DNA from: an uncultured Spirochaetales bacterium
GTDB lineage: Bacteria; Spirochaetota; Spirochaetia; Sphaerochaetales; Sphaerochaetaceae
DNA length: 24,000 bases
Direction: 5' to 3'
Assembly: GCA_944388965.1 (NCBI GenBank)
Contig: CALXKL010000005.1
Span: 171,828 to 195,827 of the forward strand
The notes beneath the pieces are model-generated. The model was not told the DNA's origin and made no database searches. It saw only the letters and a program-made list of their open reading frames with translations. Shown here piece after piece: positions 7,777 to 15,451 of this stretch. A program made the translations under genes and the position numbers. The stretch's first letter is position 1, and each line of letters begins with the position of its first letter.

Positions 7777-8727
7777 GTGGCAGCGGACGACAGTGTCGAT
7801 CTCGTGTTCGATGTGCAGGAGAAGCAGGTCTTCAGGATCCCGGAGTTCGAAGGCCCGCTTGATCTTCTCCTCTACCAGATCCAGAAGTCCGAGATCAACA
7901 TCTACGACATACCCATCGCCGAGATAACCAGCCAGTTTCTGCAGTACATCGAGGACCACAAGGACTCCGGCCTGAAGAATCTGGCGGACTTCTACAGGAT
8001 GGCCGCCGATCTGCTGTATATCAAGAGCAGGATGCTTCTTCCCGTCGACGTCGAGTTCGACGAGGAGTACGAGGATCCACGCCAGGAGCTCGTCGACAGG
8101 CTCATCGAATACCAGAAGTTCAAGCGGTATACGGACCTGCTTACAGGCTCCGCCGTCGGCGACAGCTTCCATATCCCGCGCAAGGAGAACTTCTTCGCGC
8201 TTCCGTTCCAGGACGAGGACCTGTTCAGGGACATCTCCATCGACGACCTTTTCGAGACTTTCAGGAGAATCATAGAGAAAAAGGCTCCGACCAAGCTCTT
8301 CAACGTGTTCCAGGAGGTCACGGTCAAGGAGAAGAGGGCCTACATGATGGAGCTGTTCGAGAAGAAGGACCAGGTGACGATAAGCGAGGTCATCGTCCAC
8401 TTCGACCAGCCGCTGCATATAATCTGCTCGTTCATGGCGATTCTCGAGATGGCAAAGGACAAAGTCATCCTCTTCCAGCAGAAGGAGCCGGATGGCGAGA
8501 TTTACATCGTGCTTCGTCCGCAGGACTGGAACCCCAGCCTTGCCGACGAGTATGACAAGGACTATGATGAGGTGGTCGAGAACGATCTCGACGATCCGGA
8601 CGATTTCTCCATCATCAGCGACGAACGGCGCAGACAGATCGACCAGGAGCTCGGATACGAGGATGGAGAGGATGAGGACCATGAGGAGTTCATCGGAGAT
8701 GAAGAGGACCTCATGGATGAGGATTGA
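7777..8727 (+). CDS. scpA: Segregation and condensation protein A (kleisin) with a long acidic C-terminal tail
   Basis: FEGPLDLLLYQIQKSEINIYDIPIAEITSQFLQYI is the ScpA N-terminal signature. GTG start 2 nt after the recA stop. The last ~70 aa are dominated by D and E. Confidence 0.9.
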   Translation: MAADDSVDLVFDVQEKQVFRIPEFEGPLDLLLYQIQKSEINIYDIPIAEITSQFLQYIEDHKDSGLKNLADFYRMAADLLYIKSRMLLPVDVEFDEEYEDPRQELVDRLIEYQKFKRYTDLLTGSAVGDSFHIPRKENFFALPFQDEDLFRDISIDDLFETFRRIIEKKAPTKLFNVFQEVTVKEKRAYMMELFEKKDQVTISEVIVHFDQPLHIICSFMAILEMAKDKVILFQQKEPDGEIYIVLRPQDWNPSLADEYDKDYDEVVENDLDDPDDFSIISDERRRQIDQELGYEDGEDEDHEEFIGDEEDLMDED

Positions 8728-8730
8728 GGC

Positions 8731-9333
8731 ATGGCCAGGAATGCGTTGATGAGTACAGGTGCGCGGCTTGTGGAGACCGTTCTCTTCATCGAGAACGAGG
8801 CCATGGACCGCGAGCGGCTGGCTTCGATGACCGGTCTGGACGAGAAGAGCGTCGACAAGGCCCTCAAGGAGCTCGACGAGGTCTACCAGGAGAAGGGTCA
8901 CGGACTGCGGCTCAAGGAGAACAGTGACGGTTCGATCGAGTTCGCCCCATGCAGCGATCTGTACGACCTTCTGCGCTCGACATACGGGCGCAAGGTCGAC
9001 CGGAGACTGACACGTGCCGCGATGGAGACGCTCTCCATCGTCGCGTACAGCCAGCCGATAACGAGGAAGGAGATCGACAATATCAGAGGCGTCGCCTCCG
9101 ATTCCATAGTACGCCTTCTCAGGGAGAGGGAATACATAAAGGTCGTTGGACGCAAGGATGTGCAGGGTCACCCCTGCCTCTATGGAACCAGTCGCAAGTT
9201 CCTCTACGAGTTCGGTCTCAAGTCCATCAGCGATCTGCCGCGGCTCAGCGCCATCGACAGGATGCGCTTCGACAGGGACGAGCAAGAGGAACAGGGAGAG
9301 CTATTCGATGACGGAAGACAAGATGACAGATGA
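8731..9333 (+). CDS. scpB: Segregation and condensation protein B
   Basis: LVETVLFIENEAM...LSIVAYSQPITRKEIDNIRGV...GHPCLYGTSRKFLYEFGL, tandem winged-helix ScpB pattern. Confidence 0.9.
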   Translation: MARNALMSTGARLVETVLFIENEAMDRERLASMTGLDEKSVDKALKELDEVYQEKGHGLRLKENSDGSIEFAPCSDLYDLLRSTYGRKVDRRLTRAAMETLSIVAYSQPITRKEIDNIRGVASDSIVRLLREREYIKVVGRKDVQGHPCLYGTSRKFLYEFGLKSISDLPRLSAIDRMRFDRDEQEEQGELFDDGRQDDR

Positions 9334-10129
9334 CGGAAGGCTGAGGCTCCAGGTCTTCATGGCCAAGTGCGGAGTGGGCGGAAGGCGGTTCTGCGAGGAC
9401 CTCATCAGCCAGGGCAGGGTCATGGTCAACAACAGGATCGTCAGGGAGATGGGGCTGAAGGTCGGTGACGACGACGTCGTACAGGTCGACGGAGAGACCA
9501 TCGAGAGAAGCGACAAGGTGTATTACATCGCTCTTAACAAGCCGCGTGGATACGTGTGCACGAACTATGATCCCAACGAGGAGAAGTACGCAAGGGACCT
9601 CATAACGATCCGCGACCAGAACCTGCTGTTCAACGTCGGCAGACTAGACAAGGACTCCAACGGTCTGATCATCTTCTCGAACGACGGTGAGTTCGCCAAC
9701 AAGGTGATGCACCCCAGGAACGAGATTGAGAAGGAGTACCTCGTTCATCTGGACCGCAAGCCGGATGTCGAGGACCTCAGAAAGGCGGTCAAGGGGCTGT
9801 ACATCGACATGAGTCAGCCGTACAGGATCCGCAGCTACGCCTTCGTCCCCATGCGGCGCGACTACATCAAGGTCGTTCTCACTGAGGGCAAGAACCGGGA
9901 GATAAGGAAGATATTCTCCTTCCTCGGATACGAGGTCAAGGGACTGACCAGAATCCGCATCGGCTGCATAGAGCTCGGAACGCTCCAGCCTGGAGAGTTC
10001 AGGAACCTGTCCAGGAAGGAGATAGACGGTCTGCTTGCGGGAAAGACCACTCTCGTGACGAGAAAAAAGTTCGGCAATGCTGCGAAAAGGCAGAGCGGAC
10101 AGAGGACGAGAAGGGAGGACAGGACATGA
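9308..10129 (+). CDS. rluB: Pseudouridine synthase, RsuA/RluB family
   Basis: S4 domain RLQVFMAKCGVGGRRFCEDLISQGRVMVNNRIV. Catalytic motif GRLDKDSNGLIIFSNDG. Basic C-terminal tail. Start ATG 9308 (alternative ATG 9323) lies inside track ORF 9146..10129 and overlaps the scpB 3' end. Confidence 0.85.
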   Translation: MTEDKMTDDGRLRLQVFMAKCGVGGRRFCEDLISQGRVMVNNRIVREMGLKVGDDDVVQVDGETIERSDKVYYIALNKPRGYVCTNYDPNEEKYARDLITIRDQNLLFNVGRLDKDSNGLIIFSNDGEFANKVMHPRNEIEKEYLVHLDRKPDVEDLRKAVKGLYIDMSQPYRIRSYAFVPMRRDYIKVVLTEGKNREIRKIFSFLGYEVKGLTRIRIGCIELGTLQPGEFRNLSRKEIDGLLAGKTTLVTRKKFGNAAKRQSGQRTRREDRT

Positions 10130-10782
10130 TAGTCGCGATCGACGGCCCCGCCGGATGCGGGAAGAGCACCGTTGCAAGACTCGTCGCCGACGAGCTCGGC
10201 TTCTACTTCCTCAACACCGGCTCCTTCTACAGGGCCGTGACCTATGCCCATATCATGAGAGGTGGGGACTGCCATGACAGGGATTCGTGTCTCGAGACGG
10301 CACGCAACACTCACATCAGCGTTGTCGACGGCGATATCTGCATCGACGGGATAGACATCGAGGACAAGCTCCACACCAGAGACGTCGACATGAACGCATC
10401 GATCGTCTCTTCCGACCCTCGACTCAGGGCGATCGTCACGGACGAGGTGCGCAAAGTCGCCGGGTCGATGGACATCGTGACGGAGGGACGTGACACCACG
10501 ACTGTCATCTTCCCGGATGCACAGTGCAAGTTCTACTTCGACGCCTCTGCCGAGATAAGGGCCACAAGACGTGTAGAGCAGCAGGGGGAAGGGCAGTCTT
10601 ACGAGGAGGTTCTGGATCTCATACGCCGCCGCGACGAGAACGACAGGAACAAGGAGGTAGGGGCCCTCAGAATCGCCGAAGATGCCGTCTATATCGACAC
10701 TTCTCACTTGACCATAAGGGAAGTTTGTGAGAAAGTTGTCTCAGTTGTGCGCTCCGTCATCGACGGGCGTGCCGCTAAGTAA
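10126..10782 (+). CDS. cmk: Cytidylate kinase
   Basis: MIVAIDGPAGCGKSTVARLVA P-loop, FLNTGSFYRA, GRDTTTVIFPDA. ATGA overlap with the rluB stop. Confidence 0.95.
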   Translation: MIVAIDGPAGCGKSTVARLVADELGFYFLNTGSFYRAVTYAHIMRGGDCHDRDSCLETARNTHISVVDGDICIDGIDIEDKLHTRDVDMNASIVSSDPRLRAIVTDEVRKVAGSMDIVTEGRDTTTVIFPDAQCKFYFDASAEIRATRRVEQQGEGQSYEEVLDLIRRRDENDRNKEVGALRIAEDAVYIDTSHLTIREVCEKVVSVVRSVIDGRAAK

Positions 10783-10800
10783 TTGGAAGGAGCATTAGAA

Positions 10801-12498
10801 GTGGAAGATGAAACTCAGATGACTGACATGCAGTCCCTCCTGCAGGAGCAGTATCTAAAGTCACTTGCGGGCATCGAAGACGGTCAGATCGTAACCGGAA
10901 CTGTTGTACAGTTAAATGACGACTATGTATTTGTTGATGTAGGCTACAAGAGCGAGGGAAAGATTCCTGTAGACGAATTCATTGAGCTGCCCAAGCTCGG
11001 CGACAAGGTCAATGTCGTCATCGTCAACAAGGAAGGAAAGGGTGGTCAGGTCATCGTTTCCAAGAAGAAGGCCGATGCAAAGGAAAGGACGGAGGCCCTC
11101 AGGGAGGCGGCTGAAAGCAGGACACCTGTTCTCGGCAAGTTCAGCAAGGTCATCAAGGGAGGCTTCGAAGTCGATCTTGGTGCGGACTATAAGGGGTTCT
11201 GCCCTCTCTCGAAGGCGGATGTCAACAGAGTCGAGGATCCTGAATCCCTCATCGGAAAGACGGACTACTTCATCATCGACAAGTTCCACGCGTCGAGCAA
11301 GATGAAGAGCGTCGTCAACAGAAGGGAGTATCTGGAGAAGATCATCGCGGAGAACAAGGAGAAGTTCTTCTCCTCCGTCCAGATCGGCGATGTCGTGCAG
11401 GGTGAGGTCAAGTCGTTCACGAGCTTCGGTGCGTTCATCGACCTTGGCGGCTTCGACGGACTTCTCCATATCAACGACATGAGCTGGGGCCATGTCACGA
11501 AGCCCAAGGATTTCGTCAAGAAGGGTCAGATCGTCCAGCTTCGCCTGATCAACATCGATCCCGAGACCCAGAAGATCAACCTTTCGCTCAAGCACATGCA
11601 GGCCGATCCCTGGACCGACTTCGAGGACAAGTATCATGTCGGAGATGTCGTCAAGGCGCCTGTGACCAAGATCACCAGCTTCGGCGCTTTCATCGAGCTC
11701 GAGCCCGGAATCGAGGGTCTTGCCCATATCAGCGAGCTCAGCTGGACCAGGAAGATCAACAACCCCAAGGAGGTCGTCAACATCGGCGATGTCGTCGAGG
11801 CCAAGATCCTCGGCTACGATCTCGACAAGAAGAGGGTCTCCCTTGGTCTCAAGCAGCTTCAGGACAATCCCTGGGACACTATCGAGGAGCGCTATCCTGT
11901 CGGAACCGTCCTGAAGAGGAAGGTGGTCAAGCTCACCAACTCCGGTGCATTCGTCAATCTCGAGGATGGAATCGACGGATTCCTTCACATGGATGATGTC
12001 TCCTGGACGAAGAAGCTCAAGAACATGTCCCAGTTCTGCAAGGAAGGGGACGAGATTGAAGTCCAAGTCTCCCGTGTCGAGCCTGAGAACAGGAGGATCC
12101 GCCTCTCCGTGAAGAACCTCGAGGGCAACCCCTGGCAGAATCTCAAGAGGAGCAATCCCAAGTATTCCGTGATCACTGGAACCATCTCCAACGTCACCGA
12201 CTTCGGTGTGTTCGTGAAGGTGCCTGGTGACATCGAGGGACTCATCTCCAAGTACAACCTCGTCGGACCCGATGAGGAGTATACGGACAAGGTTCTCGAG
12301 AACTTCAAGGTCGGTGATGAGGTGACCGCAATGGTCGTCGACATCAACCCCCAGACACAGAAGCTTTCTCTCTCGATCAAGGAGATGATCAAGAAGAATC
12401 AGGAATCCGAGATGGCCAAGTACATGGCTGACAGCAAGGACGATGGTGACACCTTCTCCCTTGCGGACGTGCTCAAGGCCAAGGACGAAGAGATCTGA
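10801..12498 (+). CDS. rpsA: 30S ribosomal protein S1
   Basis: Repeated S1 (OB-fold) domains, for example GDVVQGEVKSFTSFGAFIDLGGFDGLLHINDMSW, GDVVKAPVTKITSFGAFIELEPGIEGLAHISELSW and GTVLKRKVVKLTNSGAFVNLEDGIDGFLHMDDVSW. I chose GTG 10801, 7 nt after GGAAGGAG. The track ORF begins at TTG 10783, immediately after the cmk stop. Confidence 0.95.
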   Translation: MEDETQMTDMQSLLQEQYLKSLAGIEDGQIVTGTVVQLNDDYVFVDVGYKSEGKIPVDEFIELPKLGDKVNVVIVNKEGKGGQVIVSKKKADAKERTEALREAAESRTPVLGKFSKVIKGGFEVDLGADYKGFCPLSKADVNRVEDPESLIGKTDYFIIDKFHASSKMKSVVNRREYLEKIIAENKEKFFSSVQIGDVVQGEVKSFTSFGAFIDLGGFDGLLHINDMSWGHVTKPKDFVKKGQIVQLRLINIDPETQKINLSLKHMQADPWTDFEDKYHVGDVVKAPVTKITSFGAFIELEPGIEGLAHISELSWTRKINNPKEVVNIGDVVEAKILGYDLDKKRVSLGLKQLQDNPWDTIEERYPVGTVLKRKVVKLTNSGAFVNLEDGIDGFLHMDDVSWTKKLKNMSQFCKEGDEIEVQVSRVEPENRRIRLSVKNLEGNPWQNLKRSNPKYSVITGTISNVTDFGVFVKVPGDIEGLISKYNLVGPDEEYTDKVLENFKVGDEVTAMVVDINPQTQKLSLSIKEMIKKNQESEMAKYMADSKDDGDTFSLADVLKAKDEEI

Positions 12499-12516
12499 AT
12501 CCGATTGATCTGATAG

Positions 12517-12548
12517 GATAGGCGGGCACGATGATGAACCCGCCTATC
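12517..12548 (+). terminator. Stem-loop downstream of rpsA (probable terminator or mRNA-stabilising hairpin)
   Basis: GATAGGCGGG-12 nt loop-CCCGCCTATC, a perfect 10 bp stem 19 nt after the rpsA stop. The following tract (TGATATTA) is only weakly U-rich. Confidence 0.45.
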
Positions 12549-12566
12549 TGATATTAGGGGGAAAGT

Positions 12567-13256
12567 GTGAAGGATAAGGACAAGAAGCTCACTTCATCCG
12601 AAAGGATGGCTGCAAAGACAGAAGGTTTCTTTGCCAAGAACTATAGGCTGATCGCGATCATCGTGGCCGTGATCATCGTCGTCTGCATCGGAATCGGTAT
12701 CTGGTCTCTTGTCTCCAGCAACAGCAAGGAGGAGATTGCAAATGCCGTGTATTTCCTTGAAGAGGACTACAACGACCTTCTGCTCATGGATGACACGAGT
12801 GAGGAATACGTCACCGCCTGCAACGAGTTCGTCGTTGAAGGTGAAAGGATCCTCTCCCAGGTCAGGTCTGGAGACTATGCCTCTCTCAAGACCAGGTATC
12901 TTCTGGGTCAGTACCATTTCCTGAACGAGGAATGGGCTGAGGCGCTCGAGTGCTTCGATACGGTTGCAAATGAGGGTGATGGCACCTACTTCGGTTCGCT
13001 TGCCCTTGCCAATGCTGCTGCATCTGCAGAGAACGCCGGTGACCAGGATGCCGCTCTTGCATATTACAACAGAATCTGGGACGAGTATTCCACAGAGGCA
13101 CCGGAGAGCCCCAAGGCGCTCTTCAACGCCGCCAGGATATATGAAAGCCAGGGAGACAGCGAACTTGCCGTTGCAACATATTCACAGCTTGCTGACGAGT
13201 TCGTCGGATCCGAGTATGCACAGCTTGCAGAGGCTAGGCTGATCGTTCTCGAGTAG
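12567..13256 (+). CDS. Membrane-anchored TPR-like protein (YfgM-like architecture)
   Basis: GTG start preceded by GGGGGA. N-terminal basic segment, then one transmembrane helix (LIAIIVAVIIVVCIGIGIWSLV). After that come helical repeat-like sequences rich in A, L, Y and E (ALAYYNRIWDEY, ARIYESQGDSELAVATYSQL). Confidence 0.6.
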   Translation: MKDKDKKLTSSERMAAKTEGFFAKNYRLIAIIVAVIIVVCIGIGIWSLVSSNSKEEIANAVYFLEEDYNDLLLMDDTSEEYVTACNEFVVEGERILSQVRSGDYASLKTRYLLGQYHFLNEEWAEALECFDTVANEGDGTYFGSLALANAAASAENAGDQDAALAYYNRIWDEYSTEAPESPKALFNAARIYESQGDSELAVATYSQLADEFVGSEYAQLAEARLIVLE

Positions 13257-13282
13257 GTCCACTGCTCTTGAACAACAGGAGG

Positions 13283-14059
13283 ATGGAATTGAGTAGGAAG
13301 GTGTTATCTGTTCTTCTCGTTTCCATCCTCTTTCTTTTCTCATCATGTGGTATGCCTTCATACCATGACTATTCCAGCAGCATTTCCATTTCAAGGGCTC
13401 CTACAATCGTCAATGGGAAGTCATATGATGCCGGATTCAGCGTGAGAGTCTCATCTTCCGATCCGTCTATTACAAGCCTTTCATCAGAGACCCCATCCAT
13501 TCTCATCATGTACTGCATTGCATCCGGCCGAGGTTCATTCTCCTCTCAGTTCAACAGCTACATCAGAAACAGCAACAAATATTACAACGGAACTGCAGCA
13601 TCGTTCAACAAAAGCGGTCAGCTGAATAATGTCGAGACTACAGTCGATTCGCATGAAGTACATCTTTACCATTTCACTGGCGAGGCGAGCAGGCCACTTC
13701 ATGTTCCAGCAGGTTATACATATCCATCACTGAAACTCGATACCACATACTATTTCATGTTCGAAAAGGTGGATAACCAGGATAATACGATCTGCCTTCA
13801 TCTAACTGTCCTTGAATCCGGTTCTTCTGGTTTGACGGAACGTGATTCCTTCAATGTCTATAGATATGATGGAAGCAGCTTTTCAAGGGCTGCTGAGGGT
13901 GGATCAGGACCGGATTACGAGTTCTACACCGATGGAGGCGACAGCCAGTTCTACGAGCTTCAGCTGGCTGCAGCGGTGAATCTTGTTCCTTCGGCATCAT
14001 CAAGCTCCAACAACATTTACTGGAGCGCTCTTTCCTTCGACTCGATTGAAATCAACTGA
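13283..14059 (+). CDS. Hypothetical serine-rich lipoprotein
   Basis: Signal peptide plus lipobox-like LFLFSS-C (SRKVLSVLLVSILFLFSSCG). AGGAGG lies at 13277-13282. The start could be ATG 13283 or TTG 13289, which has better SD spacing. The track ORF starts at TTG 13268. I recognise no family. Confidence 0.6.
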   Translation: MELSRKVLSVLLVSILFLFSSCGMPSYHDYSSSISISRAPTIVNGKSYDAGFSVRVSSSDPSITSLSSETPSILIMYCIASGRGSFSSQFNSYIRNSNKYYNGTAASFNKSGQLNNVETTVDSHEVHLYHFTGEASRPLHVPAGYTYPSLKLDTTYYFMFEKVDNQDNTICLHLTVLESGSSGLTERDSFNVYRYDGSSFSRAAEGGSGPDYEFYTDGGDSQFYELQLAAAVNLVPSASSSSNNIYWSALSFDSIEIN

Positions 14060-14104
14060 GAATTCCAATCCAGATCAGATTCAATTTTGTATTTCAATAA
14101 GACG

Positions 14105-14143
14105 GATAAAAAACATCCCAGCCATCATCGAGATGACTGGGAT
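14105..14143 (-). terminator. Rho-independent terminator after the TrxR-like gene
   Basis: Minus strand: ATCCCAGtCATC-tcgat-GATGgCTGGGAT followed by GTTTTTTAT. The stem is 7+4 bp with one mismatch. It sits between convergent genes, and on the plus strand the same hairpin is followed only by a weak T tract. Confidence 0.65.
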
Positions 14144-14166
14144 ATGGTTTCAGGCCAGGGCTGGTT

Positions 14167-15381
14167 TTAGAGGTTCGCTTCAATCCTGGAAAGATCGAAA
14201 CTGTCATTGACTGAGACAGTGGCGATCTTCTTTCCACTCTTGTAGAGCGAAACCGCAAGATGCTCACCACCCAGGATCCTCATCACCTTGTCGGACTTGT
14301 AGATGTCGACAGGCTTGATATCCACGCTGTGCTGGGCAGCATAGGACTCGAGCTTGGTGAGAACCGCTCTGTCATTGTCCTCGCTGGCGTTGTAATAGTA
14401 GACGAGGACCTTGTCCTTGGAAAGGATGTCGCTGTGGATTGTCTCGAGGTCGCCGATATACCTTTCGGCCATGTAACCGGCAACGGCACCGTCACCGACA
14501 GCGGTTGAGACCTGACGAAGCGTCTTCGCCCTTACGTCACCTGCGGCAAATATGCCAGGCTGGTTCGTCTCCATGTCGACATTGGTGACGATATAGCCAC
14601 GGCTGTCGAGATCGACAAGCCCCTCGAAGAGCTTGGTGTTCGGAAGATAGCCGATGAAGAGGAAACATCCATCGACGTCGACAGGGATTATCTCACCGGT
14701 CTTGAGGTTCTTCAGGTTGACCCTGTTCAGGAGATCTCCTCCTTCGAACGAATCGACAGAAGTGTTCCAGATGAAATGCATCTTGTCGCAGTTGAATGCC
14801 TTTTCACGGGCAACCTCGTTGGCATCGACATGACCTTCGTCGTGGACGACGGAAACCCATACCTCAGAGCAGAAGCGGGTGAGGAAGAGACCTTCCTCGA
14901 TGGCTGCATCACCAGATCCGATGATGAGAACCTTCTTTCCGGTATATCTTGCCGCATCACAGGTTGCACAGAAGCTGATTCCCTTGTCGAGATACTTCTC
15001 CTCGCCGGGAGCACCAGTCAGACGATTGCGTCCACCTGTTGCAAGCACTACGGCCTTTGCATGATAGTCGGTCCTGAAGGTGGACACATTCCATCTACCA
15101 TCATCAAGACGGGTAACACCCTTGCAGTCCGTAAGTTTGACGTTGACGCCGAACTTTCTGAATTGCTTGTCGAAAAGCTTCATGAGCTCGGTTCCATCGA
15201 TTCCTTCCGGGAAACCGGGATAGTTCTCGATTTCACTGGTATATGTCGCAAGACCTCCGATGAGCGACTTCTCCATGAGAAGTGTCTTAAGCCTTGCACG
15301 GCCCGCATAGAGGGCAGCCGTCATTCCACCGGCACCACCGCCGATGACGACGACATCATAATCTTCAATTCTCTTTTCCAT
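14167..15381 (-). CDS. Thioredoxin-reductase-like FAD oxidoreductase with a C-terminal Cys-less thioredoxin-fold-like extension
   Basis: Start ATG 15381 (MEKRIEDYDVVVIGGGAGG) preceded by GGAGAG. FAD GxGxxG motif. Redox dithiol FCATCD. Second dinucleotide motif IIGSGDAAIEEG. FAAGDV. There are ~95 extra C-terminal residues (KVLVYYYNAS...) with no cysteine. The track ORF extends to 15438 through an upstream terminator, which is unlikely. Confidence 0.85.
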   Translation of the reverse strand: MEKRIEDYDVVVIGGGAGGMTAALYAGRARLKTLLMEKSLIGGLATYTSEIENYPGFPEGIDGTELMKLFDKQFRKFGVNVKLTDCKGVTRLDDGRWNVSTFRTDYHAKAVVLATGGRNRLTGAPGEEKYLDKGISFCATCDAARYTGKKVLIIGSGDAAIEEGLFLTRFCSEVWVSVVHDEGHVDANEVAREKAFNCDKMHFIWNTSVDSFEGGDLLNRVNLKNLKTGEIIPVDVDGCFLFIGYLPNTKLFEGLVDLDSRGYIVTNVDMETNQPGIFAAGDVRAKTLRQVSTAVGDGAVAGYMAERYIGDLETIHSDILSKDKVLVYYYNASEDNDRAVLTKLESYAAQHSVDIKPVDIYKSDKVMRILGGEHLAVSLYKSGKKIATVSVNDSFDLSRIEANL

Positions 15382-15394
15382 ATTTCTCTCCTGG

Positions 15395-15441
15395 AAAAAA
15401 AAAGAGGATGGCGCCCCCGTGATGAAAGGAGCGACCATCCT
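15395..15441 (-). terminator. Intrinsic terminator or attenuator between yeeE and the TrxR-like gene
   Basis: Minus strand, starting 10 nt after the yeeE stop: AGGATGGtCGC-16 nt loop-GCGCCATCCT followed by nine consecutive T (A-run 15395-15403 on the plus strand). Then comes CCAGGAGAGAAAT-ATG of the next gene. Confidence 0.65.
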
Positions 15442-15451
15442 TTAAGAAAGC

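Noticed and set aside
15382-15438. N-terminal extension of the TrxR-like ORF (MVAPFITGAPSSFFFQERN...).
   Set aside because: The extension is the translation of the terminator stem and poly-U tract (FFF). The ATG at 15381 has an SD sequence and starts directly at the FAD-binding beta-strand, as in other TrxB proteins.
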